Assembly: GCF_008015755.1 (NCBI RefSeq)
Contig: NZ_SSGF01000002.1
Span: 60,204 to 124,203, forward strand
Source: Methylophilus sp.
Lineage (GTDB): Bacteria; Pseudomonadota; Gammaproteobacteria; Burkholderiales; Methylophilaceae
DNA: 64,000 nucleotides
Direction of reading: 5' to 3'
A model generated the notes under the pieces. The model did not search any database. It had not been told where the DNA came from and worked only from the letters and a program-made list of their open reading frames with translations. Made by a program: the position numbers and the translations under genes. This document shows, in pieces, positions 39,257-49,156 of the stretch (its first letter is position 1; each line of letters opens with the position of its first letter).

Positions 39257-39310
39257 GTCTAACGTTAAATAGACCCCAAAAACGACAATAATTTTTTATT
39301 TAGTCTGGGG
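39257..39310 (-). other. attI recombination site (core GTTAGAC at 39257-39263)
   Basis: GTTRRRY core between cassette 1 and the intI start, with no attC hairpin; complementary to the cassette-1 inverse core; outer boundary approximate. Confidence 0.8.
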
Positions 39311-39393
39311 GCTATAAAATTTACAGTTTTATTTATCATAATAAAATCAATGAGGAGTATCTTTATATTACACCTGAGTTTAGGAGTTACGCT

Positions 39394-40377
39394 ATGGAAA
39401 ACACACCTGAGGTAAAGCCAACGCCAAAGTTATTTCCTTCTATTGTAGAGCGCTTGCGAGTGAAGCATTACAGCAAGCGCACCGAAGAGGCTTATGTACA
39501 ATGGATTAAACGATATATTTTGCACCATGGCAAGCGGCATCCGCGTGAAATGGGGGTGGCTGAGGTGGAGGCTTTTTTAACGCATCTGGCGGTGGCACGA
39601 AATGTATCTGCCAGCACGCAGAATCAGGCCAAAAGCGCCCTGCTGTTTTTATATAAAGAGGTGTTGGGGGTGGAGTTGCCATGGCTGGATAATGTGACAC
39701 AGGCGAAAGCCCCAAAACGGATGCCGGTGGTGCTTAACAAGCCTGAGGTGCAAGCCCTGCTCAACCGGCTGGATGGCACGATGTGGCTGATTGCGAGTTT
39801 GCTGTATGGCAGTGGCTTGCGGGTGATGGAGTGTCTGCGTTTACGGGTGAAAGATGTGGACTTTGTAAAGCGTGAAATTCTGGTGCGCGAGGGCAAGGGC
39901 TTTAAAGACCGGGTGACGATGTTACCGGCTGCGCTGATAGAACCTCTCAAGCAGCATCTGTTAAAAGTGAGGGCGTTGCATGAAGAAGATTTGGCTGCCG
40001 GATTTGGCGAGGTGTTTATGCCGATGGCACTGGATAGAAAATACCCCAATGCTGGCCGCGAGTGGGCTTGGCAATATGTGTTTCCTTCCATCAAGCGCTC
40101 TATAGACCCGACAAACAACAAGATTCGCCGCCACCATGCTGATGAAAAAACGGTGCAACGCGCGGTAAAAAATGCTGCCAAGGCGGGCAATATCGCTAAA
40201 CTGGCCACACCACACACGCTGCGGCACAGCTTTGCGACACATCTGCTGGAAGGCGGTTATGATATTCGCACGGTGCAGGAGTTATTGGGGCACAGTGATG
40301 TATCAACCACTATGATTTACACGCATGTGCTTAACAAGGGCGGGCTGGCCGTGAGTAGCCCGCTAGATGTGATTTAA
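39394..40377 (+). CDS. intI: Integron integrase (tyrosine recombinase)
   Basis: [16 protein letters not shown], IntI-specific [55 protein letters not shown]; catalytic residues appear intact. Confidence 0.97.
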   Translation: MENTPEVKPTPKLFPSIVERLRVKHYSKRTEEAYVQWIKRYILHHGKRHPREMGVAEVEAFLTHLAVARNVSASTQNQAKSALLFLYKEVLGVELPWLDNVTQAKAPKRMPVVLNKPEVQALLNRLDGTMWLIASLLYGSGLRVMECLRLRVKDVDFVKREILVREGKGFKDRVTMLPAALIEPLKQHLLKVRALHEEDLAAGFGEVFMPMALDRKYPNAGREWAWQYVFPSIKRSIDPTNNKIRRHHADEKTVQRAVKNAAKAGNIAKLATPHTLRHSFATHLLEGGYDIRTVQELLGHSDVSTTMIYTHVLNKGGLAVSSPLDVI

Positions 40378-40400
40378 AACCAGATGTGATTTAAAACCAG
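40365..40400. repeat. Perfect 17-bp tandem duplication at the intI/HPP junction
   Basis: agatgtgatttaaaacc occurs twice, followed by ag. Confidence 0.92.
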
Positions 40401-40912
40401 TATTTGGGGTAGCGCCCCTCACGTGTGAGGTTGTTATATACCAGCGCGACAACGGTGATGACAATGGCGCCGAACAGGGTGGGAAACCACAAAAACTGCC
40501 AGCTCATGGCCCCCTGGCTGGCAATCAACCAGACGATGACTGGATTGGAACCTGCGGGAGGATGCACGGTCCGCGTGAACATCATGGCCGCAATCGCAAG
40601 GCCAACCGCAATCCCTAACGCCCACCAACTACCCCCCAGTTGCGACACCACCAGCAGACCGATCAACGAACTTAAAAAGTGACCACCAATCACATTGCGT
40701 GGCTGGGCAAACGGTGCATCCGGGTAAGCAAACAAAATGACGCATGACGCGCCGAATGACCCCAGCACCAGCAACTGATCTAGCCGTGCAGTCATCAGCG
40801 CGGCTATGCTGATGGCAATCATGCCGCCCAACCCAGCCATGAGGATGGCTTTGCCACTGAACTTTGGCGGCAATGCCGCGTGCTCACCGGCAAGCTTATC
40901 TAACAGTTTCAT
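40391..40912 (-). CDS. HPP-family membrane protein
   Basis: GSFGASCVILF..P.APFAQPRNVIGGH, HPPAGSNP. Confidence 0.93.
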   Translation of the reverse strand: MKLLDKLAGEHAALPPKFSGKAILMAGLGGMIAISIAALMTARLDQLLVLGSFGASCVILFAYPDAPFAQPRNVIGGHFLSSLIGLLVVSQLGGSWWALGIAVGLAIAAMMFTRTVHPPAGSNPVIVWLIASQGAMSWQFLWFPTLFGAIVITVVALVYNNLTREGRYPKYWF

Positions 40913-41033
40913 ATTCTCTCCCTGAGGGGTTGTGGTTCACAATACGTTCGAATATTGCCAGAAGCGGGGTTTCCACGGCAAAGGCAGGTCTGCAATCCCC
41001 GGTTTCGTCAGTCTGGTTAGTGTGCGAAAAAGA

Positions 41034-41951
41034 TTACTTCTGCACATCACCAATGTGGCTTTGGCCACGCAATCTGGCCAGTTTAACCTGTCTCTGCCGC
41101 TCTCTAAGCGACTCTTTTTTCTCCGCACTCAGCTTGTCGAAGCAATACGGGCAAGAGATACCCGCTTCGTATTGCTCGCTTTGCATTTCGGCCTGGGTGA
41201 GCGGCATGCGGCAGGCATAGCATTGATCATGGTCGCCCACCTCCAGGCCATGCTTGACAGCCACACGCTGGTCAAACACAAAACAATCCCCCTCCCACAG
41301 GCTTTGCTCTTTAGGGATGGTTTCCAGGTATTTGAGAATACCGCCTTGCAAGTGATACACCTCTTCGAAGCCCTGTTGTTTCATATAAGAAGAGGCTTTT
41401 TCACAGCGGATGCCACCGGTGCAGAACATGGCCACTTTTTTGTGTTTGGTTTTGTCCAGGTTGTCGGCGACATATTGCGGAAACTCACGGAAAGTCGTGG
41501 TTTTGGGGTCGATCGCGCCTTTAAAAGTGCCGATATGCACCTCATAATCGTTACGCGTATCCAGCACAATTACATCTGGATCAGAAATAATCGCGTTCCA
41601 GTCTTCCGGCTTCACATAGGTGCCGACCACCAAGTTCGGGTCAACTTCGGGCATGCCCATGGTGACGATTTCTTTTTTCAGCTTGACCTTCATGCGGTAA
41701 AACGGATGGCTGTCAGCCCAGGACTCTTTATGTTCCAGGTCAGCCAGACGCGGATCCTGGCGTAAATGCGCCAGAATGGCGCGGATATCATCCGGCGCCC
41801 CGGCGATGGTGCCGTTAATGCCCTCTTTTGCCAGCAACAAGGTGCCTTTGATACGCAGCTTCTGGCAAGCTTCTAAAATTGGTTGTTGCAGGGCTTGGTA
41901 GTCATCCAGCGTGACAAATTTGTAGAGGGCGGCGGTAAGAAATTGACTCAT
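41034..41951 (-). CDS. trhO: tRNA uridine(34) hydroxylase TrhO (rhodanese-related, YceA)
   Basis: [40 protein letters not shown]. Confidence 0.92.
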   Translation of the reverse strand: MSQFLTAALYKFVTLDDYQALQQPILEACQKLRIKGTLLLAKEGINGTIAGAPDDIRAILAHLRQDPRLADLEHKESWADSHPFYRMKVKLKKEIVTMGMPEVDPNLVVGTYVKPEDWNAIISDPDVIVLDTRNDYEVHIGTFKGAIDPKTTTFREFPQYVADNLDKTKHKKVAMFCTGGIRCEKASSYMKQQGFEEVYHLQGGILKYLETIPKEQSLWEGDCFVFDQRVAVKHGLEVGDHDQCYACRMPLTQAEMQSEQYEAGISCPYCFDKLSAEKKESLRERQRQVKLARLRGQSHIGDVQK

Positions 41952-42059
41952 TTGAGAACAGGCTTTATTTCAAAAACGCGATTTTACCACTCTAACTCTA
42001 TGATGCAAAAAGAAAAATGGGCACCAGGCCCGTTCATCTCACATCGTTAAAACAGCCCA

Positions 42060-42731
42060 TCAGGACTGAATGACCAAGATTTCTGCTTTGCCCAGGCCGC
42101 CCATATCGCCCATCCAGCGTTGCACGCGCTGGCTGCTGATCTGCGCAAAACGGCTATCCAGGCGCTTGAATGACTTATACAAGATATTGAGAAAAGGCAG
42201 CTTATGAAAACCGCAGTCTACCCAGGTCGCTTGCGCGGCGGGCGTGTGAGCCAACAACAAAGTGCCACGCTTCATGCCGTAACCTAAATAAGCACCCGTG
42301 GTGCCCAGCACACCCAGCGTGCCCGCCATCATGTCAGAGCCACAATAATCACCGGCATTGCCTTCAATCAGCAACATGCCGCGGCGCATACGGTCACCGG
42401 CGCGCGCGCCAGCGTTACCTGTGCAAATCAACACACCATTTTGCAGTTGTGCACCTAAAAAGTCCCCAGCGTCGCCAGCCACATTGATTTGGCCGCTGGT
42501 CATACCAAAGCCAATATATTCATGCGCAGCGGTGGTGTTTTTAAAGTTCACGACCGCGGCTTCTGAAGCGCTGTCTACGCTGACTTCAAATACATCGGCC
42601 ACGCTTAAATTAGCCGCTAGTTTGATGTTTGCAATCTCAGCCACTGTTTTGCCTTGCAAAGCCTCTGGCAACAACGCGCGACAATCAACGCTGCGTGCAA
42701 CGGCTTTTGCCGTTAAAGTGATCTGGCTCAT
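42060..42731 (-). CDS. fhcC: Formyltransferase/hydrolase complex subunit C
   Basis: GxxMxxG repeats, GDRMRRG. Confidence 0.92.
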   Translation of the reverse strand: MSQITLTAKAVARSVDCRALLPEALQGKTVAEIANIKLAANLSVADVFEVSVDSASEAAVVNFKNTTAAHEYIGFGMTSGQINVAGDAGDFLGAQLQNGVLICTGNAGARAGDRMRRGMLLIEGNAGDYCGSDMMAGTLGVLGTTGAYLGYGMKRGTLLLAHTPAAQATWVDCGFHKLPFLNILYKSFKRLDSRFAQISSQRVQRWMGDMGGLGKAEILVIQS

Positions 42732-43654
42732 GCGCTAACCTCCCCGCTTAAAATTGGGCGCAATTTAAAGTGATGCTGGCCTAACTTACCGCCATAGTTA
42801 CCGGCAGAAATACGCAAAATGCCATTGTCTTTACCTAGGCCACAAGCGGCTTCAATCCCGGCTTTCATGGAAACCGCAATATCCTCAAATGTCAGGCCAT
42901 TAACCACAATTTCCATCACGCTTTCTACGCGTGGATCGAGCTCGCTCTTAACCACACCTTTGAGCGTCGGGCAGAACGCATCGTTGGTACTGGCAAACAT
43001 TTTGGGGTATTTGCTACCGACCTTGGAGCCGGAACGCACCACACCACCGGGGAAAGGCATAATCACGTTAGGCAATTTTCGCATGGCGTCGATTGCCGCT
43101 TCACAGGCGGTGAGCACTTGTGCCTGACTGGCGCCTAATACCAGAAAGTTGCCGCCGCCAATGGCGCGCACCATGCCGGTGGTTTCTTCGGTCAAAAATT
43201 CGCCATCCATGACCGGAATACGCCAGTAGCGTTTGAGCTTGCCATTCGCATCCGGGATTTGTTTGGACACCTGGTAACCATCGCCAAAAAAGCGCAAATG
43301 TTTGCCCAGGCTAATCATGTCCTCAGACTCAATGCCCGCAAATGCCGCCGCGGTTGGGCAAGTGAGAATACATTGCCCCATACGCGTTTCTAGCTGTTGC
43401 ATCAGCACTTTGCTGCCCATGGCAAACATCAGCACGCTAAGCCCAGGGCGGCCATCCGGCGTTTCCTCTTCGCTCAATTCGCGCTCTATGCCCGCCTCTA
43501 CGCCGCAGCCAATCACGCTGGTGGCAAAGCCGGTCATCGCATTGGCGGCGTTGTAGGCCCAGCGCAGGTTTTGCGCGGTAATCAGGATACGTGTGCCGCG
43601 CATATTAAAGGCTTCGGCAAAGGTATCGTCTATTTCTACTCCGTTAATCACCAT
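42728..43654 (-). CDS. fhcD: Formylmethanofuran-H4MPT formyltransferase
   Basis: IDDTFAEAF, GFATSVIGCGVEAG, GGVVRSGSKVGS, SAGNYGGKLG. Confidence 0.96.
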   Translation of the reverse strand: MVINGVEIDDTFAEAFNMRGTRILITAQNLRWAYNAANAMTGFATSVIGCGVEAGIERELSEEETPDGRPGLSVLMFAMGSKVLMQQLETRMGQCILTCPTAAAFAGIESEDMISLGKHLRFFGDGYQVSKQIPDANGKLKRYWRIPVMDGEFLTEETTGMVRAIGGGNFLVLGASQAQVLTACEAAIDAMRKLPNVIMPFPGGVVRSGSKVGSKYPKMFASTNDAFCPTLKGVVKSELDPRVESVMEIVVNGLTFEDIAVSMKAGIEAACGLGKDNGILRISAGNYGGKLGQHHFKLRPILSGEVSA

Positions 43655-43656
43655 AG

Positions 43657-45321
43657 TTACCCCTGCACATGGTTAATGACATGGTTGCGGCCATCTTCGG
43701 CAATCTGGTCATTCGAAATTTTAAAGTTGTTCATTTGCATGGTGTGATAGCGATCAAAATACTGTTTGATGTCTTTTTCTACGCCAAGGTCAAAAGTCGG
43801 TTTGGCCGTATGCGTTGCGCCCCACACGACTTTTACCACTTTGCCCTCTTTCACCACCAGCTCGCCGTCTTTAAACACCAGGTCTGGCTTGGCAAACATG
43901 GCTTCTTTATCGGCCTGCTCGGTATACACCGTAATATCCGCCGCTGCACCTACGCCTAAATGGCCGCGGTCTTGCAGGCCAATTAACTTGGCTGGCGCTG
44001 AGCGCGTCATAGTGGCGATTTCATACAGGCTGTATTCACGGTCCAGTGACTTCAGGTTGCTCATGGCTTGCGCATCCAGATTGAGCTTATCAAACGCATC
44101 GTTACGGAAAGTTTTGTCCATCAGCAAACGAATCAGGTGCGGATAGCTGGTAAACGGCGCGCCATTCGGGTGATCGGTGGTCAAAAACACGCGCCACGGG
44201 TCATCCACGCTCAAAAACACCTCGAGGCCAATCGCCCATTGCAAGGCATTCACATAATTCTGGTCCCGGTATTTAAACGGCACCACCCCACACCCGGCAT
44301 CGCACTCAATGTCCATAATCACCGATTTTTTCGGGTTGGCAACTTTGGCATTTAAGTGCTGCATCATGTTGTCACCAGAGGCAGTCACGGTTTGCCCGAA
44401 CAGAATCTGGCCCACATCGGCGGTGATATGTTTGTTGCTATTGATCGCCTCAGCAATATTGGCCGCCGCAGAAGAAAACTTTTTATCGCCCTCTGTGCCG
44501 TAGCTGTGAAACTGGATATGCGTTAAATGCATGGGTAAGCCATCGCTGGCACCCATGGTGTCTAACGTGGTCTGAAAGTTACCGGCCACGCCCAGATTAT
44601 TACAGTGCACATGCAACGGCTTGGCAATGCCAATCTCGTTCACCGCGCGGCTCAAGGCCTGCAAAATGCGGCGCGGCGTGATGTGGTAATGGCTGTGTTG
44701 CTGGTCTAAATCCTGGCGACGCTCATTAAATTTAAAGGCAGAAATACCGCCGGGGTTGACCACTTTAATGCCGATGGTTTGTGTCGCATGCAGCGTCCAA
44801 GCCACGTAGTCGTTAATGGTTTTCTGGTCGGCATTCTGGCTGAGCAACCGTAAAAAGTAATCGTCATTGCCCAACATGGCGTAGCCGCCTTTGTCGATCA
44901 TGGGCGTATCGCCCATCTCCATGTGCGCTTGGCGCGCATTCACGGCCAACACGGCAGGCTCAAACGCGGCAGTGTAGCCCATCTCAATGTAGCGCATGCC
45001 GGTATCGGTGGTATTTGGCGTGGCGTGATGACTACAGTTGGCGCCGCAGATATGTGCCTCCGGTTCTTCGAGGCGGCGCATGGCTTGATACTCAGGCAGC
45101 AGCATGCGCGCAATATTCACTTTACCGCCACCAATATGGCTATGCATATCAATCGCTCCCGCCATGACGATTTTGCCATTCAGGTCGTGCACCTGGCCGA
45201 TTTTTTCACTGTCAGCCGGTTTGGCAATAATACGGCCATCGCGGATATAAATATCTTGCACCACACCATCTTTGTGGTTGGCAGGGTCTATCACTTTGGC
45301 ATTTTTGAGCAGCGTAATCAT
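43657..45321 (-). CDS. fhcA: Formyltransferase/hydrolase complex subunit A
   Basis: AIDMHSHIGGGK, TTDHPNG, CDAGCG; start 45321 has an AGGAG RBS and overlaps the fhcB stop. Confidence 0.95.
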   Translation of the reverse strand: MITLLKNAKVIDPANHKDGVVQDIYIRDGRIIAKPADSEKIGQVHDLNGKIVMAGAIDMHSHIGGGKVNIARMLLPEYQAMRRLEEPEAHICGANCSHHATPNTTDTGMRYIEMGYTAAFEPAVLAVNARQAHMEMGDTPMIDKGGYAMLGNDDYFLRLLSQNADQKTINDYVAWTLHATQTIGIKVVNPGGISAFKFNERRQDLDQQHSHYHITPRRILQALSRAVNEIGIAKPLHVHCNNLGVAGNFQTTLDTMGASDGLPMHLTHIQFHSYGTEGDKKFSSAAANIAEAINSNKHITADVGQILFGQTVTASGDNMMQHLNAKVANPKKSVIMDIECDAGCGVVPFKYRDQNYVNALQWAIGLEVFLSVDDPWRVFLTTDHPNGAPFTSYPHLIRLLMDKTFRNDAFDKLNLDAQAMSNLKSLDREYSLYEIATMTRSAPAKLIGLQDRGHLGVGAAADITVYTEQADKEAMFAKPDLVFKDGELVVKEGKVVKVVWGATHTAKPTFDLGVEKDIKQYFDRYHTMQMNNFKISNDQIAEDGRNHVINHVQG

Positions 45322-46526
45322 GCCAAATCTCCTTGTAATTGGGCTTCTATCAGGGCCACCACTTGCGTTAATGTCGGCAAGTCCGTCGGCTTGGCGGCGG
45401 TCAGCGGCAGGGTCACAGAGCCATCGACGCGGAACTGCTGGCCATTGCAATCAAGGCCGGGCGTTGCCACGGGGATAAACACGGCCGGGGCTGACTCAAA
45501 AATGCTGTCAGGCGCGCCCAGTACTATCACCGGCTGCGTGCCTGCAGGCGGCATGGCTTGCGGGCTATAACTATTCACCCACACGACCGCATCATGACTT
45601 TCCCACGCTGGCGCATCAATAATGACGCCATTGAGCCAGGTATGCGCATAGTTCACACTGGTGTCACCATCGCTACCGCCCATAGACAAACCCATGGCGC
45701 GGCTCTTCTGGTTGAGGGCGACCACGGTTTCGGTAATGTTTTCAATCGTGAGTTCGGCATGGTCGTAATGCAGGTCTTTAGAGACCCAGACCAGCGTCGC
45801 ATATTTGGCCGCTTTTAAGGTCGCAGCCAGCGTTTTTAAGGTACTTACTGCGACACCTGCCACTGTTGTGGCTGTCACTGGCTTATCCATCACCAGTGCA
45901 CGTAAAATTGCCACCACTTCAGGCAAGTGTTCAGAAGCACAGGCAATCACCTCAGGCGCACGGCCATCGGGCGATACCCCAGGCTGGGTATTCAGTTGGT
46001 CGCCGCCCAGATAAATAATCTGGCGTGCCGCAGGCTCGGTAAACATGGCTTCATCCACCCACACTACGCGCTCAAAAAAGCGGGTGTTATGGCTGACGAC
46101 ATCGGTGCCTATCATGAGGATGACATCTGCACGGTTGCGCACTTCGGTCAGCGTGGTGGTTTGCCAGCCACGGTGCTGCAATACTTTCATATTGCGCAAA
46201 GTGCTGCTGGCATTGATATGTGTCATGGCAGCGCCCGTGTGCTGAGCCAGGCGCACCAGTGCGCGCGCTCCATGCACATCGGTACTGCTACCGGCCACCA
46301 ACGGCGCGGCTGCCTGCTTGAGCGCCGCCGCCGCCGCACGCACAGCCTCGGCCAACGAGGCTGGTTGACCAGCCACTTGCGGCGATACGCCAGTGGTCAC
46401 CCGCGCATAAAATTTGGCGGCCTTGCCACACGAAAACTGTTGCCTGGCAATGGCATCTGCCGAAATATCGTCACATAGCAAGCCACAGGCCGGGCATGCA
46501 TGCATACTGTCTTGTTGAATGGTCAT
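45318..46526 (-). CDS. fhcB: Formyltransferase/hydrolase complex subunit B
   Basis: CPACGLLCDD, TTLTEVRNRAD, ATPGLD..G..FRVD; first gene of fhcBADC. Confidence 0.9.
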   Translation of the reverse strand: MTIQQDSMHACPACGLLCDDISADAIARQQFSCGKAAKFYARVTTGVSPQVAGQPASLAEAVRAAAAALKQAAAPLVAGSSTDVHGARALVRLAQHTGAAMTHINASSTLRNMKVLQHRGWQTTTLTEVRNRADVILMIGTDVVSHNTRFFERVVWVDEAMFTEPAARQIIYLGGDQLNTQPGVSPDGRAPEVIACASEHLPEVVAILRALVMDKPVTATTVAGVAVSTLKTLAATLKAAKYATLVWVSKDLHYDHAELTIENITETVVALNQKSRAMGLSMGGSDGDTSVNYAHTWLNGVIIDAPAWESHDAVVWVNSYSPQAMPPAGTQPVIVLGAPDSIFESAPAVFIPVATPGLDCNGQQFRVDGSVTLPLTAAKPTDLPTLTQVVALIEAQLQGDLA

Positions 46527-46773
46527 GGCTTATAAGTCTCTCGTGTTGATCTTCCATATTCAATCATGAATATCCCCCTGATCGCTGGAAACCATCACAT
46601 CATAAAACATCTATGTGGGATAGATAAAAAAAATAAAGCAATGAATGCCTGCTATTTAAAGCAATAAACTAACGAAAGTCACTACTTAGATGTATCAATG
46701 CGGTTTATCAATCACGTTAAAAATAGTAGAATAGTCGTTTGTTTTTCTTGTTAATTAATTTATTGGAGTTCTC

Positions 46774-47178
46774 ATGGCTTTAGAGCGCACACTCAGCATT
46801 ATCAAACCAGACGCAGTTGCAAAAAACGTGATTGGTCAAATCTACACCCGTTTTGAAAACGCTGGGTTGAAAATCGTTGCAGCTAAAATGGCACAACTGT
46901 CACAAGCTGAAGCTGAAGGCTTCTACGCAGTACACAAAGAGCGTCCTTTCTTCAACGACCTGGTTAAATTCATGATTTCCGGCCCAGTGATGATTCAAGC
47001 ACTGGAAGGCGAAAACGCCGTGTTGAAACACCGCGACCTGATGGGCGCGACCAACCCGAAAGATGCAGCACCAGGTACGATTCGTGCTGACTTTGCTGAA
47101 AGCATTGATGCGAACGCTGTGCACGGTTCCGATTCATTGGAAAATGCAGCCGTTGAAATCAAATACTTCTTCGGTTAA
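46774..47178 (+). CDS. ndk: Nucleoside diphosphate kinase
   Basis: [23 protein letters not shown]. Confidence 0.98.
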   Translation: MALERTLSIIKPDAVAKNVIGQIYTRFENAGLKIVAAKMAQLSQAEAEGFYAVHKERPFFNDLVKFMISGPVMIQALEGENAVLKHRDLMGATNPKDAAPGTIRADFAESIDANAVHGSDSLENAAVEIKYFFG

Positions 47179-47233
47179 TCAATTCATCTTCGTCAATACT
47201 GACGTTTTATGGATGTCGAACTAGGAAATACAC

Positions 47234-48352
47234 TTGGTTAACTTACTTAATTTTAACCAATCGCAACTCGCCGAGTACTTTGCAAGTCTCGGCGAGAAGC
47301 CTTTTCGCGCCAAGCAATTAATGCGCTGGATGCATCATTTCGGGGTCCTTGAACTCGATCAGATGACCGATATTGCCAAAACCTTGCGCGAAAAACTGCG
47401 CCAGGAAACCGAATTCAAATTGCCTGACATACAGCTAGAGCAAGTGTCTGATGATGGCACACGTAAATGGCTGGTCGGCACCAACAACTTAAAAGATGGT
47501 ACTTCTAACAGCGTAGAAACCGTTTTTATCCCTGAAGATGACCGTGGCACGTTGTGTATTTCTAGCCAGGTGGGCTGTGCTTTGGAATGCACGTTTTGCA
47601 GTACCGGTCGCCAGGGCTTTAATCGCAACTTAAACGTCTCCGAGATCATCGGCCAGTTATGGATTGCCAATCACGCCCTGCGCCAAGCGCCCGGCTACGA
47701 TTTGCTGCCGCCCGGTGAGCGGATTATCTCCAACGTGGTGATGATGGGTATGGGCGAACCATTGGCTAACTACGATAACGTGGTTACCGCCATGCAAATC
47801 ATGCTCGATGACAGCGCCTATGGCCTCAGCCGCCGCCGCGTGACCTTATCGACCAGTGGCATGGTGCCTGCCATGGACCGTTTAAAAGAGGACTGCCCGG
47901 TAGCGCTGGCGGTTTCGCTGCATGCACCTAACGACGCCTTGCGTGACGAAATCGTGCCGATCAACAAAAAATACCCGATTAAAGACCTGATGGCCGCCTG
48001 TGAGCGCTACCTGGTCAAAGCGCCACGTGACTTTGTGACGTTTGAATATGTGATGCTGGACGGTGTGAACGACACGCTGGAACATGCCAAACAACTGATT
48101 AATATTGTGCGTAATGTGCCCTGCAAATTTAACCTGATCCCGTTTAACCCTTTCCCTAACAGTGGCTACGGCACGTCCAAACCGATGCAGGTGCGGGCGT
48201 TTCGTGATATGTTAATGCAGGCTGGGTTTGTGGTCACCGTGCGCAAAACACGCGGCGATGATATTGACGCTGCTTGCGGACAATTGGCAGGCAAAGTGTT
48301 GGACAAAACCAAACGGTCAGAAAAAACCATCGCGATTCATCCGGAACAGTAA
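47234..48352 (+). CDS. rlmN: Dual-specificity RNA methyltransferase RlmN
   Basis: [29 protein letters not shown]. Confidence 0.97.
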   Translation: MVNLLNFNQSQLAEYFASLGEKPFRAKQLMRWMHHFGVLELDQMTDIAKTLREKLRQETEFKLPDIQLEQVSDDGTRKWLVGTNNLKDGTSNSVETVFIPEDDRGTLCISSQVGCALECTFCSTGRQGFNRNLNVSEIIGQLWIANHALRQAPGYDLLPPGERIISNVVMMGMGEPLANYDNVVTAMQIMLDDSAYGLSRRRVTLSTSGMVPAMDRLKEDCPVALAVSLHAPNDALRDEIVPINKKYPIKDLMAACERYLVKAPRDFVTFEYVMLDGVNDTLEHAKQLINIVRNVPCKFNLIPFNPFPNSGYGTSKPMQVRAFRDMLMQAGFVVTVRKTRGDDIDAACGQLAGKVLDKTKRSEKTIAIHPEQ

Positions 48353-48355
48353 GCC

Positions 48356-49156
48356 ATGAAAACAACCTTCCTCACGCCATCCGCGGTCATGCTTACCCTG
48401 GCCTCAGCGCTGTGGATGGGAGGATGTGCGCAAAACCCGTCCTCAGGCAACAACAACGGCCCTTATGACCAGCAACCTATAGGCCGCGAAACCGGCGATG
48501 TCGAATCTGCCCGCGTGCATACCGAATTGGGGGCCGAGTATTTCCGCCTCAAACGCTACGAAGTGGCACTCGAAGAGTTCAACACTGCAATTGAGCGTAG
48601 CCCCAATTATGCGCTGGCTTACAACGGCCTCGGCCTGGTCTATGCGGCGATTGGCGAACAAGGCCGCGCTGAAGAAGCGTTTAAACGTTCTATCCAGTTG
48701 CAACCGGCCAACTCCGAATCGCATAACAACTATGGACGTTTTTTGTGTGACCAAGGCAAATATGACGCCTCACAAAAAGAGTTCATGCAGGCGGTGAAAA
48801 ACCCGCTGTATAAAACACCGCAAGTGGCGCTCTACAACGCAGGCGTGTGTGCGTTGCGCGCGCAGCAAAAAACACAGGCAGAAAACTATTTCTTCCAGGC
48901 TTTGCAAGTAGATCCATTGGCACATGCCAGTGCTTATCAACTGGCTAATCTGCAATTTTCTCGCGGCGAAGCGGCGCTGGCGTTGAATACCATACAAAAT
49001 AGTGTGAACGTTGCCCCCTCACCAGAGTCCTTATTTTTGGCAGTACGCATTTGCCGGGCATTGCAGATGCCAGACGATGCCAGCTATTACAGCGTGCAAT
49101 TACATAAATTGTTCCCGAATGCCAATGAAACCAAACAATTGCTGAAAATGGAGTAA
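48356..49156 (+). CDS. pilW: Type IV pilus biogenesis TPR lipoprotein PilW/PilF
   Basis: Lipobox MGGC, TPRs, NNYGRFLC..A..NPLY. Confidence 0.9.
   Translation: MKTTFLTPSAVMLTLASALWMGGCAQNPSSGNNNGPYDQQPIGRETGDVESARVHTELGAEYFRLKRYEVALEEFNTAIERSPNYALAYNGLGLVYAAIGEQGRAEEAFKRSIQLQPANSESHNNYGRFLCDQGKYDASQKEFMQAVKNPLYKTPQVALYNAGVCALRAQQKTQAENYFFQALQVDPLAHASAYQLANLQFSRGEAALALNTIQNSVNVAPSPESLFLAVRICRALQMPDDASYYSVQLHKLFPNANETKQLLKME

Larger units (their letters stand above)
34883..40377. mobile_element. Complete integron: intI + attI + 9 cassettes
   Basis: IntI with integron-specific insertion; attI core; 9 related attC repeats; cassette ORFs co-oriented and divergent from intI. Confidence 0.95.

Noticed and set aside
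39311-39326. Possible LexA box upstream of intI (ctataaaatttacag)
   Set aside because: It does not fit CTG-N10-CAG (left half and spacing are wrong), so SOS control is unsupported. Pc and PintI could not be placed reliably.
40932-41765. 277-aa ORF antisense to trhO
   Set aside because: Shadow ORF with no recognisable motifs; the same holds for the long antisense ORFs over ompA, rluD, hisS, fhcA and others.
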